From contig KZ538755.1 of the NCBI GenBank assembly GCA_000934665.2, positions 1 through 49,480 on the forward strand: a stretch of DNA of 49,480 bases. The letters are read 5' to 3'. This document shows positions 10,901 to 24,416 of the stretch, in pieces (position 1 is the stretch's first letter; the number at the start of each line of letters is the position of its first letter). The notes beneath the pieces are model-generated. The model was not told the origin of the DNA and searched no databases. It saw only the letters and a list, made by a program, of their open reading frames with translations. Origin of the DNA: Catajapyx aquilonaris. Taxonomy: Eukaryota. Both the position numbers and the translations under genes were made by a program.

Positions 10901-13268
10901 GGCAGTCGTAAATTCTTATCCTACGCTTGCGTGTAAAAATGAGGGCAAATGCTCTTGGACTTTTTCCAACCTCTCCCCCACCCTACCCCCCCACCCTTCT
11001 ATCTGCGAGTAACATTTGCTCTTTCCAGGATGCGCTGCCACGTTCCCGGAATTACAGATTGATCGGAGACTCTTCTACGAACTATTGCAGAGACTATCGA
11101 TCCCAAGAACTACAAGTGAAGATCCTTACACATTTGTATCACGTTCAACGTTAGGCAGGGGGATGAACATGCGTTGTGCGCCTCTTTGAGCACCGCGCAT
11201 CAAATCTCTTTCTGGATTACCATCCTAATTCCATTACAGCAAACAGGCTGCAAAAGCGTCGCTGCTTTTCTCATTTACGCCACACAGCTTCACACGGGTC
11301 CTTTCCTGGAGAAAAGGGTGACAACTTGCTCCATAGAGTATATACAGCAGGGTGGACTCGAGCACCGGCTAGGGGTGACCTGAGGCTGAGAGCCAGTCTC
11401 ACAACTGCAATCCTAAACCCCGAAAAGGACACGGCCTGTGAGTGGCCTCAAAGCCAAAGCTGCTATTGGGTGGCTCTACAGGGGACCCAGCTTTCAAGCT
11501 GCGTTTGTTCAGAGGGATGTACTTTGACAGTCTAGAAAAAAAGGAGGGTGGGTGGGGTGTAGGGGGGGTTCTTTCATCCGTCCTTTTCTCACAAGGCGAT
11601 GGCCAGGCGTTGACAGAATAAAACATGGTGCAGCTTCCATTTCCTGTTTGTTTGTTTTTTCTCCGCCTTTAAGTGATCGGGGAGACGGGGTAGCGTTAAG
11701 TCCCTCCAAGGCATCACTTTCTTCAGTCAATTTCCGTTGAAGGAGATGGACTTAATCTGTACATAACGCTGCTTTTTCAAGTTAAGTCCAAGTTTGCGAT
11801 CCTCTTTCAGAACTCAAATGGATCAGGTAAGACATTTATTGGTTTTAGTTCTGGTCACGTTTATGGATGTCAGGGGGAGGTGGATATATGCCCAACCTTA
11901 TTCGACTCAGATATAGACTTACAAATATACTCGCCATTGCCAAATACTCTTAAGAGTATTTGCAGAAAAATAGCCACTTCTATCGAAGAATAACACCAGG
12001 ATGAACCAATATTTTAAGTTTTCGCTTTCGCTGGCAAAGCAGTTTTGCTCAAAAATCCATGTCCCGCTGGCTCAGCACCGGCACTGGGTCACCTTCACGT
12101 CAAAGTGGCCTTATAAAGTTTAACGGCCCCCTCTCCTCATGAAGTTTATGCTACCTCACATTTCATGGCGGGCAAGATCTGTCCCATGTGTGAGGTCACA
12201 TTAACCTCCACGTTAATGGCTAATCCGGATCTCTTCGTACAAGCTGTGATATCACGTACAAAATCATTCCCGGAAGCCAAAGGACATTCGCATATGCTCA
12301 TCTGATTGGATCCTAGTTTTTTTTTTTCTTTTTGAAAAAAAGTTCATTCCCTTTCACAGGAATATACCTCTTTTTTTCTATCTTTTGCTTTTCATTCGTT
12401 CCTCTATCACATCAATCGATCTTTTCAAACTCACCCCTTTTCCCCCCAAACACTTTCCCATCCAGTTGGAAAAGGGATTATTTTATGGCCCTACCGCATT
12501 TCATTTCACGGCGGCGCCCTGACGAAGTGGGAGACGTTAAACTACTGCTTTTTTCAAGGAAATTAGTCAACGGGTCTTGCACATTTCCGGGTACCACTTC
12601 CCCCAACAACGAGCCTCAGAGTCAAATGTTCAACAACGCGGTGCAGAGTAAATAAATTTTTTACTATATGCCTGGGGTGGTCAATTTGTAGGTGGTCCAA
12701 CCCTTCTGCAAGCCGTTTGGGGAAACAAGGTCGATACGTGCGGAGATGGCCTCCTGAATAATAAATCCCCAATCAGCACTGGGACGAAGTGGGAGTGCAC
12801 GGATATCTAAAATGTACCGCGAAGAAAGAAAAAGTCTTACAATGCGGAAGATGCGATCCCACACCCGTAAAAACAAGCACACCAAAACTCATTTCCCTGG
12901 ATCAAAGTAATGGCCCGGATTTTCCAATCTCAACCGCTCCCACCCTTCTGGACAAATAACTAAACTCAATGCCTCCAAGAATACCTCTGTGTATTTTTTT
13001 TTTTTCGGAAACGAAGAAAAAGTCGAATTCTTTATTTTCTAGGACTTAGCTCTTTCTCTCTCCCTCTCTCTCCACCCTCTCCTCTGTATAGTCCTCGTGG
13101 GTGTGGCATCGATCGTCGGCAGAGAGCAAAAGGGCTTGGTTACTGGGCCCGACCCAACCCATCTCTATAGGAAACAAAGGCCAAGGAGAACTCTCGTAGG
13201 CCATGACAACGGAAGGAACTAGGGAAATTGCATACATACTATGTCTGTATATGCGGTGTATTGTTACA

Positions 13269-13298
13269 NNNNNNNNNNNNNNNNNNNNNNNNNNNNNN
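13269..13298. other. Assembly gap
   Basis: 30 N. Confidence 0.98.
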
Positions 13299-14622
13299 GC
13301 GGTTGCAATTATAATTATATAGAAGCAGGGTGTAGGAGAAAGGTTGTAGTGAAGACCCTTCCACCTGCTGATGTCATAATTTTAACGGTTGTATTAATAG
13401 CCACCGGACAGAGTGCAGTTAAATGTTGATGGAATTTTCAGAAATTTCGGAAGTGATGCAAAATTTTATGATGTGGTTTGGGCTTCCAGGATCGTATGTT
13501 ATAACTGCAGGTAACATAGCGGTAAAGGGTAGTTGAAATTGTAGTGTCGTAACAGTTTCGCAGACTCAACACAGAGAAAAATGGAGTGGTCAGTTGACAA
13601 TAATGGGTTGTTACACCGGACAATGACCACCTTGGCAAGTCAACTGACCACCTTATTGTCCCGTCTCAAGTGCGAGCATTTATGAGGCCATCTTGAAGGC
13701 AACGGTTACCGTCCACTGCCCTGTCCCTCGGATATTATGCCAAAGGACTAATACTGTATATACATGTGCGCAATTATTAGAACTGTTTCCCTCTCTTCCT
13801 TCAACCCAAAGGTATAAACATTATGAACGCCCCTTGTCTAATATATATACCGTATTTATAATACTTACGTCACAATCTTTTCATTGTTAATTAGATTGCC
13901 ACACTAACAAGGACAAGATTAGTATTTCGACTGCCGAAAACCTGCAGCCTGAACACGGCGCAACCACAGGGCTGCATGACCCTTTCTTCAGTATGTAATG
14001 TGGATGCATCACATTTTAATGATGATTATAATTATCGATTATCAATTATCAATTATTTAACATAAATAGCTACATCATGATATACTGAATTATTACCGGT
14101 TAGGCAGTTTGGGCAACTGGCTTTCGATATTACGTATATATTACCATAGAAATAAAATAAAAAGGTAAAAAAAAAATAGAACCTCAATGATGGATATGAG
14201 AGAAAATATTATTTGAAGTTTGAATGTGCATACATAAAAGAAGACTTATTAGTTATTATCTTTCAAAAATTTGTGTCTCAAAATAATAACAGCCTTATGC
14301 AGTGAAACCTGTGAAGTTGGACGCTTTTTCCCTCTTAAGTGGGACAAGTGCATCAGTACAATTTTCACATTTAGACCTACTCCAGCCATAGATGGGTAGT
14401 GTACCGACCTTGGACCTTCTTAGTGCCAGTTACAGGTTCAGTTTACAACGGAAAGCAACATGCGGAAGGAGATGAGAGTGGCGCCATAGTGACGGGTTGT
14501 GCAGCGATGGCTGAGTCGGAATAGAGCATCAGTATACCCAATATTTTTTGTATCCCGAAGGTAGTCTGGTTATGTTTACATGCTCAACTGACCACCATGG
14601 GGGGGGTCAACTGACTAGGTCA

Positions 14623-14870
14623 TTTTAGACATTTTCTCATCATCGAAAAAGTATTAGCCTATAGAACGGCTCTGTCTGTCTGTCTATCTATCTGGGGCGG
14701 ACAGGTATCAGGGCCTAAACCGCAGGGCAAACGGTTTTCTGATTCAGATTCAGAGTGACCAAACCAGGTGTCATGGTCATCTTCCGGTGACCCGTCACTT
14801 CCGGTTTTCCGGGTTCACTCTATCCGCACAAGTCTACTTCACGGGCGTTGAATTTCGATATTACTTTCCG
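14623..14870 (+). mobile_element. Possible non-autonomous Helentron/DINE-like repeat remnant (boundaries uncertain)
   Basis: Internal (TCTG/TCTA)n tract at 14671-14694 shortly after a T-run, followed by GATTCAGATTCAG and short palindromes (GTGACCCGTCAC). This resembles the (GTCY)n microsatellite architecture of DINE-1/HINE elements, but subterminal inverted repeats were not confidently found. Confidence 0.25.
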
Positions 14871-17800
14871 TGGATTTCTCACCATGTGTGTCGGGGATTT
14901 ACTCAAACAGGTGTACGGTCAACTATACTACCCACTGATGAAGTTTCATACTTGAAAGAATGAGAAAAAGTATACTCTAATCACGCTCACGTGATTTGCC
15001 AATTCGTTTCTATGTGTGATCTTATTCAGTACTCCTGCAGTACTCTCTACTCGTCATGTATGGGTAGAAATTTTTCATAATTATTTACATGTAAGTGGCT
15101 GGCCGCGGCAGTATAGTATGGAGAGCACATAAAATTTGTCTTCGGCCGGGATGAAAATTCTTGACCCAAAAGAAGTTGTAGCTGGAGAGGTGAGAAACGG
15201 CAAAGTGCCCACTGTTAACGACCTAGGGGGTCCATCAATTTTGTTAATGCAGGATCCTTGCTGATGGGCAAGGAGCCGAGAAAAGGTGGAGAGTAGCCTA
15301 TATATACAATCACGAGCAAAAAGTTAGACGCAATATGTCGGACAAGCAACTGTAACTGACTGCAACTCTTGATGTATAATATGCCAATAAAGCCTGACCA
15401 AAACCTTTTGCATGTACAGTAAGTAGGCATATATTTCCCGACATGTACAGTACAATTGTATACTTCTTCCAATGCACTATAACATGAGCACTTCGTCTTG
15501 TTTTGTTACAGTGAACCATGTCAATAACTCCGTGCTACATGCTGTACTGAGATCTACACTATAACACAACTTTGACATAGCCTCCTCGGTGTTGACATAG
15601 CGTTGAGCACCCAGCCATTTCGTAACCTTGCATTTTAAAACTTTGTTTTGTGGAATTGACTCGCCCGATGCACTTTGACTTGGTTGTAAAATATTCAAAA
15701 TAAACTTACTTGAAAACTAGGTTTACTGACCCGATTTATTGCCGGCAAATAGTGAAGACCTCCGTGTATACTGCACAGAATAAGGGAGTCTCTTTGATAC
15801 AGCCGTAACACACAGAATATAATATATTTTTCATCAGAATCTAAACATTTTAAGCGTGTCTGAAATGTCATCTTTGGTCCTACATACATAAAGCCACCCA
15901 TCATGTATAACAGTAAAAAACTGGTGGCAAGACCTCTTCTTAATTTTGCAGGCTCTAATTAATTTTGACTGTCTCTAACTTCAGAGCACGTGATGGCCCC
16001 CTGCTGCATTGTTCTCCTGTCCCAAGACTCGACCAACGCTTTCTGGTATGCTGACGGCATTAACTCCCTGTGTCTGCAGCGTGGCTTCTGGTGAATTTTT
16101 CGAGTAAAGTAATTACAGAAGTTCCAAGAGGTGAGACTCGAACTGAATTGCAGGCGTTCCCCGTCCATGGGAGTGACACAAAAATATCCATTGTGACAAC
16201 CTCATTCAAAAAGAGCACAATTTCAAACGCGATTACGCAGGCCCATTGGTAGCAACCTATTGTGACGGATAATTAATTCATGGCTGTCATCCCCACATCG
16301 GCCATGATTAACGACCACACAATACGTAAAGTTCGTAAAACAGAGCGTCACACGATGCATAATACACCACTATTGATACATTAAACGCCATTGGGGGCTC
16401 GTGTCTACACTTCCACGGCATCGGCAAACGCGGGCCGAAATCCAGCGCCGTTCGCCTAATTATGGCATATTATGGCCTCATAACCCCAGCTGTACTGATA
16501 ACTTCCTCATCAGGAGGGCTCCGTTCGTGCCAAGTACGAACCGCATATATCTGCCAGGGGATATGTGCCCCAGAGGACGTGTCTCGTCAGTCACACGGCT
16601 CGACCACACCCACTGAGATTCCGGAATTCCCACCAAACACGACGGTGGAGGAATTGTCTTCCGATTTGGGGCACCCCACAATTCATTTCCGAAAGACGAT
16701 TTCCCCTTTCCGAGTCACAGACGCACCCTGCATGCAAATCACCCTGTTTACTACGACCCTTATTGGTATTCAGCAACCCACTAGTTGGTTCAATCAATAT
16801 TTGAGCACGTGTCTATTGGGTACATCAACTGCTAACAGCGCTAATTTGTAATAACCGTATAGGACGGACATTGCGCCGGAAAATCGCCGCTACCTTCACC
16901 CATTGCCCGTCTCTAGGGAGGATCCTGAGTTATAAATCATCCGAGGCGGTAGATAAGGTCAGGCAGAATGAGATTTCATCTTTTTCCTAGGGATTATGGT
17001 CCACAGGAATAAATCACTTTCCTGAGGGATTTTTACCCGTGACACCATAAAGTGCGCTAGTTCCTTTTTCCGGAGGAAATCCGAAAAAAGGTGGCCAACC
17101 AGAGGAAGAGGATGTGGTAAACCCCCATCTGTCACCTGCTGGCTAGCGTCAGTTACTACAATTACATGCCAATATTTAATGAGTCCCTAGTTGCATACAA
17201 TTACTGCTTCATACCTGCATTTCAAACTTCCAGTCAAATGACTCGTTGACTGTCATAATTACGCTGCGTATACACGGTCATGCCATAATTACTTTCAGAA
17301 ATGGCGGCCCGTAATTAACCAAACAATACGTGAAATTACGTCACCAGCCTTAAGCTTCAAACCCAACCATTTGGTTCCGCCCTTGGGGTCTCTCGCCTCT
17401 TTTCACCCAGCTTTACTGTACATTATTATTTGAAAACCCTGTATAGAGAAATTTATAAACACTTCAAAGCGGATCCCCCGGAGCAGTGTTTGGAACTCCA
17501 GCAATGCAAAACCGAAATCGATCGCCTGCATGGGAGAATGAAGGGGAAGCGACTGCTGGAAAAGCAACGTGATAAAGGGCTTCCTGGACTTGCTTTTCCT
17601 GCGGGCAGGTACCCCCGCCCTACCCCCTCTCCCACATTTTCTCCCCTACTTTCTATTACACCCACATCACCCGCCGTCTTTTTGTAATCTGCCTCCGTTA
17701 CACCGTGTAGGCACCCTCAAAGCTCGTCAGCTTGCTTCTTTGATGATCTACGTGAGCTGGTATCGAAGTCAGTGGTCTGTAAAATGTATGAGATGCAAAG

Positions 17801-18228
17801 GAAGGGAATACGACCTGCCATTCTGAATACGGTACCAACAAGGTGAAAAGCAGATACACGTATTTTTCCATGTATGAAAACACACGCCATACACCTGGCT
17901 GCCACGCAATAAAGGGCACTCCACAAATTACGTTACGTCGCTTGTGGCACTTTTTTTTTTGCTCACTCCATGTAACGCTCCATAACGCTCGGAAGACACA
18001 CCCTTTTACGGTGTGTAAGGCTAACCTCCTCGTCTTCCTGAAAAACATGCGTGTTCGCGAGCCCCCTCAAACCGCAAAGCTTTTCCTCTAAAATGAGGTA
18101 CCGAATCTAGGGTGTTTTAAAAAAGAAATATATGCTGCAGAGGTGGCCTGGGTCTCAAGGCAAGTATTTTTCCTAGAAAGTTCTGAACCAGCCGTTGTCA
18201 CAGTATAACTCAGGGTCAGGCTGGGCCT

Positions 18229-18240
18229 NNNNNNNNNNNN
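18229..18240. other. Assembly gap next to a poly-C run
   Basis: 12 N followed by a C run at 18241-18252. Confidence 0.98.
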
Positions 18241-21200
18241 CCCCCCCCCCCCTAACTCGGTGCGACTAATACCCTAAAAGTAGGCTACAAAAGAGCCTCG
18301 GTGTCATCAAGGCAAGTGGGTAAACACCTTCTCTTCCTTTCCTTCCTCCGAACTATTGATCCCGAAAAATAAATGGCCATCTTTGTAGCCTCCATTACGC
18401 GCTGATATCCCTGTGTTCAAAAGCAGATTGTGACGGCGCCTTTCTGGAGCCTACTGTGCTTCCATGATATACGTTGGCATATAGATGATCCACGAGGAGC
18501 GATAAGACCCAAACTCACATTCTGGTACTCTTCCGGCCACAAAACAAGGGAGTATTTGACATTTTTTTTTTTTTTTTTGCTGAAAAAAAAATCCATAGGG
18601 CCACACGAGCGCATTTTTCCTTTCGACATTTGCAGTGTGGCCTGACTTATTCTCCTGCCCTAAAATTGTCCTTTTAAACCGGACAAAAACCCATTGTGGA
18701 GGAGCGGAAACTAAAGGCCAGAACTTTCCAAGAGAGAAGCCGTGCCCTTTGTAGTGTGAACCCCCAGCATTCTACTCCTGTCCTCAAAAGGGGAGGGGTT
18801 TCTTCCTTGGACGGAGTCGATATTCAAGACCCATATGGTGTCGGAGAAGAAGAATAGGAGGCAAGCTGCAGCCAGGGAGTCGGAAGAGAGAGGCCAAAGT
18901 TATGGTCCAACGCATAAAGCGATTTACTGCTTTTGGCTACAAGTGGAACTAAGGAGCCGTGTGTTAGTCAACATAATAGCCCCTATTCGCAACTCAAGAC
19001 CAAAAGTAATAAATGAGCCTTGTGTTCTGCACGCGGCGACAATATCCTTCTCTCTTCTTGGATACTTGCTGCACTTAGCAGTTCGTCTGCAAATAAACCA
19101 CAACAAAGAAGCAGACACAGGGAGCTATGGTTTACAAAGTGTGATATGCAGAAGCTCTCGAGCCTTTTCATACAGTATTTTAACTGGAGCGGATTTAGAG
19201 TGTGAGGCACGGTGTTTTTTTTGCCGGAGGCTGTAAAGTGTAGGCATAGGCCTACATGTGTAATGGAGTCTCAAGGAGAAAATGATAATTCTAAGAGAAT
19301 ATAATATGGTCCTCGGTATTACATTGTGAATATACCCTGTATCACGTAGCTTATAGTATGCAGAGCGCCTCTAATATTCAACTGCTCATAGTTCAGCATG
19401 GATAGCGCAACCCCATTTCACAGCAAGAACTGAAAAATGCAGAACGCATTTTAGGCCTTCCTGCGGAAGAGGGGGCTGTCATTTTTTAAATCAAACCACG
19501 AGAAATTACGGTACCTTTCGAGGGCTTCGGCTGTAATAAACCATCTTGACACTAAGGTGCTTCTTAAGATCGAGGAAAACAAAGTAGTCGGAAGGTCGAT
19601 AGATCAGGGATGTAGTACAAGATGGATTCTCCAAATCCGTTCATCCTATACGGTATATGATGAGTCAAAAGTGTGAGAAATCTGATTTTTATCATGTATA
19701 TAATGTTGAATGTGTCCAATAAGAGGTTCATACCTTGTGCTACAGTAGAATATTGTAACTCCGGTCTCCAATCGGATAAGTCCACGAAGCCTTCAAAGTG
19801 TCACAGTATCCCGCAGACTTTTTCTTGGCCCCGAAATTCACAGAAATCGTATGATGTCAGCGTGGACTTTCCCTGTCATCACAGCATGTTCCATGCATGC
19901 TCGCGCGTGTTGAGCTTTAGATGTGTCAACATGACAGCATGGAACATTACTTGCGCCCACATTACTCATGTACATTGCATTTAATTATTTGCAATATTGA
20001 CTGTACAAATAAGTAGTTAATCATTTAGCTCAATTATAAAACAGAACGCAATAAAAAGGTTAAACTTATTGACTTACTATCGATATAAAGATGCATCCAC
20101 AATGGATAATTAAATGGGTCAGAAATCTGACTTGACCACTAGAACCCTTAGACGCTTAGAGGATTGCATTAAACAATAGCCCCTACCTAACTCAATATTT
20201 AGACCAAAATGTGACTCTGATCGTTCTGCATTTCAGGTAACGCCATCTGCCATGTTTATGAAAGTTTATGTAGATTGTAGATTGGATTACTCCTTGTTTT
20301 TCCGGAACAAAAACAACCACAAAATAGGCTGATTGCATTTTTAAATCTGTGGTTCAAGTTATTTACATCCCAATGAGACAGCGTGGCATCCTGAATTGAC
20401 TATTGGGCATGTGCTATGAGGAAAAAATTAAGGGTAAAACGCTTAAAGATTAGCGAATTAAGTCTCAAAGAATGCTGCAGCTGTAAAACTTTAACGTGCT
20501 CTCCGGAAATGCTCAGTCGAGTTGGGATACGCCCACCTTTCACCGACCTATTCAATTCAAAAATATTTTATGATACCGGTATTTCCTGTAAAGTACTTCT
20601 ATGGCTTACGTTTGCACCACAAAAGGGCTGCACTGTACAACAAGATATATCCTACTGCACAACATGTATGCATTTCCTGGAGAGGTCCAGAGTGTACTTT
20701 TTATTATCCAAGCTAAGAGCAAAATGCCACAATTTAAATGCAATTGCTCAAGTATGTGAGGAAATCCTATAATATTCTATCCATTAAAGGCAAGGCTGCA
20801 ATCAAATTTAGCCTACTGTTTAACAAACTTTTAATTTAATTAAAGCCATGGGATAGTTTTGCGGGGCAATGTAAATATTTCATTTTAAAAATAATAATTG
20901 TATCACAACTACCACGTTCCTGTGGAAAATTCCGTTTTTCCTTATTTACAAAAAACAAAACTGGGTTTGGTAAACACCTCTCTTGATGTGGAAACACTTA
21001 CAACCTGCATAATGCTCACCAGGTAACAGTTACAGTATATGAATCCTGCTAAAATATTTTCTGAACCTACAGTTATTTGGAAACGACATCTGCGCAGGAA
21101 GGGATGGAATAACAACATCTCTAGTATCATACAAAAAATGAAAAGTTCCGCATGCGGATGATTCGGATTGTGAACAGGACACAATCCGCTAATTACGGCA

Positions 21201-23691
21201 GCACAGTAGGATGGCATAAAACAATCGTGCTTTTTTTCCAGCATCAATCGAATCAATCCACAAAGGGAGGCAAATCCAAACGTGAAATGAGTGGTGTAGA
21301 ACAGAGTCAGAGGAAATGTTTAAAAAAATATATAATCAGAGCATGTCAGGTATCCCCTACCCCCCCACTCCAAACCCTCTCCCCGACGGCTATTTAGCGC
21401 TGGATATGCAGTAATAAATTGCTTTCAAACGTATTAAAATGCAATTTCATCCCGACCATTATTTTATGAGGAGAGGCAACGAGGGCCCGTTATGCAACGT
21501 TATTGATCTTCGCCGCACTCAAACTTTTTCATCCCGCATTTGGTGCAAAACTAATGCGCCAATTCCCGTTTCACAACAACCACGGAGACATATAAAGGCT
21601 CATTTATTGGCTCCTCTTCCGACACAATTTTTTCCCCCCCTAGATAACCCCCCCCCCCTCCGCAACGTATTTATTTTCCCTAGGTGCTTATTCTATTGCG
21701 GATTTTGGCACCATTTTGCAGTCATGTTAACATGATTAGAGAGAGAGGGGAAAAACGTAGTGAAGCAATGCAATTTCCTCCTTTTGCGTCTAAGAGAGTT
21801 GGGTTAAAAAGTCCCATGTCACACGGTGTTACCATAGCAACCCCTATTCCATTCGTGGTGCCAAGTTGGTCCATTTGCATGCTAATTTACCTCGAGCGGA
21901 GAGGATTCTCACACAGATCAGAAGTTGACGAATAAATTGAGAAACAATGGCGGGAATATATAGACGCGTCGGGGAGGTTGGAATTTCTGGTGTGGGATGG
22001 AATTTTTTGAGCCAGGGTCAGATAATGAAGAGCTTGTTTGGTTCAGATGGAATGCACAGGTGTAATTTTGCAGTGATTGAACTTGACCAGGATGGCAGGA
22101 ATAATTTTCATGTTGAAAAAGTTCCGGACGCTGAGTGATTTTGTGGCAGATTAGTTACGAGTTATTTTTTAAATTTCTGAGTTTCATATTATTGAGGGTT
22201 CACACACAAATTACCTGTGTTAACAATTTGCATGTTGGTTTGGAGAAGAACACGATGTAGGTGACGCCTCCTGGATTAAAAATCGATATTTTAACATTGC
22301 ATGGTGGTGTCAACATGTGAAATAGCTGACCACTACAGTTTACAGGGTGGTCTAGCAAAAAAAGGCACAGACCACACAAAAATTATATTTATTTATCTTA
22401 TTTAGTAGCCCGGACAGCATCGGGTACAAGAGTTCAGCAGTTATTTTTCCACAATTAACTTTCTTATCAGAAAACAACTAATTTCAAATAAGTATTGCTT
22501 TTTGTTGTGTGTTACATTCGTTATCCTTGTACACATCAGTTCTGTAAGTCAATATCAGTTTCACAGTTTGAGAAAAATGTTTTGACTTACCCTCATGAGA
22601 TTATCTCAGTGTGAACCCTACCAGAAGAACATGATTATTTCTCCAAACACGGCCTTTGCGACGCCACTCAGCGACAATTCAAGTGGCAATTTCAACACCC
22701 CGAATGTGGTCAAACCACAATCTGTCAGGTATAAACTCACTTGGCAGTCTGCACAGCCAGTTCCTCCTCTACTTTTCCTTTGGGTCGTCACCATTCATTA
22801 CGAGTCGGCCGTCGCTCTGCCCTTTCCCTTAATTAGGATAAAGAGACCCTCCCATGTCAAAGTGCTTCCAGAAGCACGATCACGTGTGCGGGGGTTTGGA
22901 GGCTTGCCTTCCTACCTGGAAGGAAACCTTCGGAATGAGCAATCACCAGGATGTTGACACTACCGGAGAGGAGCTGTCGCCGTCAACTAAGTGCCCAAAG
23001 AGCCTAAGGTACCAAATTCCCGTTGGAAATTGTTACCGCTACAGTTGACCTCTCTGACGCCTGTCGACCCGTTCATTAAATGTTGCAAAAATAATATTCG
23101 GGTCTGACCCAAGACAGCTCCAGTAAGTTAAGCCACATTTGATTGAAAATAATTGATAGTGCATAAATATCACAATTGGAGAATTATAATCTCATATTTT
23201 TGATAGGGTTTTCTTGGCGCGTATGATAGGGGTTGTAGGGCAGAATTTTGAACCCTGCAATCAGAATGCAGTAATAGTAAAGTCATGAGTAACTCTGGGT
23301 TTATACCAATTTTGGTATCCATTCATAATAAATTTTGTTTGGGGCCTACTTCCCAGTAATTTTACCTATAGCAACGGGCTGGAGGATGGAAGGGATGTTG
23401 TTTGAGTGTAATTGATTCTTAATCTAATAAACGTCCGAATAAACCAGTTGTTGAATTTACGCGCTCTCTGTTCCAGAAAGTCTGGAAGAGCTAGGCAGAA
23501 GGGGCGGGAGAAGAGAAACTGCTCTAGGCCAGCGTATGTTACGCTACCCAGGTTAGTTAAACACTGCAAGCAGGGTTATTCCTCCCAGGCAAATCGGCAA
23601 TGTTTCAGGTGACTCTAATAGCTTCAGACTGTATCTTTTACTTATAAGCAAAGCTGAATTCCGTCTACATTATGTTAATACAAGGATTTTT

Positions 23692-24416
23692 GGGCGGCAT
23701 GGTGGTCTAGCGGTTACGCCGCTGGCCAGTCATTATTTTTATTTTTTATTTTTATTTACACCCTTGAGGCCTTCTGGCCTATGTAGGGGGGAGATTTTTT
23801 CCACCATTTTCTGACTCTCCAGAGCTGGGATAGAGGGGATAGTGGTGCAAGTGCAATGTCTCATGGTGGAGGACGTGTGCAGTCCCTCAGAGGGCTAGGT
23901 TGAAAAGACGACCCTCTAGATGCGGGTCAGATACCCTCCACAAACGCCGTACCTCCTCCAGTATGGGACAGGGATAGGAAAGGCAGGAAGCGGCTGTGGC
24001 CTACTAATTTAGGAAACAACTCCGGTATTCACCTGGGGTGACCGTGGGAAACCACAGAAAACCACGGTCAGAGTTGCCGGCCTGGGGATTCGATCCCTGG
24101 ACCTCCCGATTCGCAGCCGGATACCAAATCCCCTCGGCTACTGCTGCTTCGGTGGCCGCTGGCCAGTCAAGCGGGAGGCCGAGGTTCAAATCCCATCCCC
24201 GTCACCTCTGCTTGGCCGGGTCTTTTTCCGCTTTTCACCCGACATGTCGGAGCAGAATTTCTCTCCCTTCTCTGCTCGGGGCCAGGAGAAAAGGCCTGGT
24301 GTTAAAGAATGTCAGAAACGGCTATCGCACGGCGCCCTCCCTTGGGAACTTCCCCTTCCCCCGAAGAGGTCCACGAGCTCTATCACGGGGTAACAAAAAA
24401 ATAAATAATATAAAAA
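23692..24416 (+). mobile_element. tRNA-derived SINE (SINE-C, Asp/Glu-tRNA-like head) with 15-bp TSD, interrupted by a second SINE
   Basis: TSD AATACAAGGATTTTT at 23677-23691 and 24417-24431. A box TGGTCTAGCGG at 23703-23713, B box GGTTCAAATCC at 24183-24193, and a 3' end TATCACGGGGTAAC plus A-rich tail. Removing 23733-24169 restores a contiguous tRNA-like head (GCCAGTCAAGCGGGAGGCCGAGGTTCAAATCCC). Confidence 0.9.
23733..24154 (-). mobile_element. Full-length tRNA-derived SINE (~420 bp, SINE-B) nested in SINE-C with 15-bp TSD
   Basis: TSD GCCGCTGGCCAGTCA at 23718-23732 and 24155-24169. On the - strand: A box TAGCCGAGGGG (24140-24130), B-box variant GGATCGAATCC (24096-24086), a central GTGGTTTTCTGTGGTTTCCC...AGGCCACAGCCGCTTCC block, and a (TAAAAA)n-like tail. 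Confidence 0.92.

Noticed and set aside
14935..14960. CTGATGA...GAAA hammerhead-like cores (also near 31887)
   Set aside because: No convincing stem II, or stems I and III with a cleavage triplet, could be formed.
19333..19345. Partial matches to known miRNAs (TACCCTGTA like miR-10/993; ACGTATACT near 32863 like iab-4; CTGATAAGGGC near 33526 like miR-184)
   Set aside because: The matches are only 9-11 nt, without the rest of the mature sequence or a precursor hairpin.
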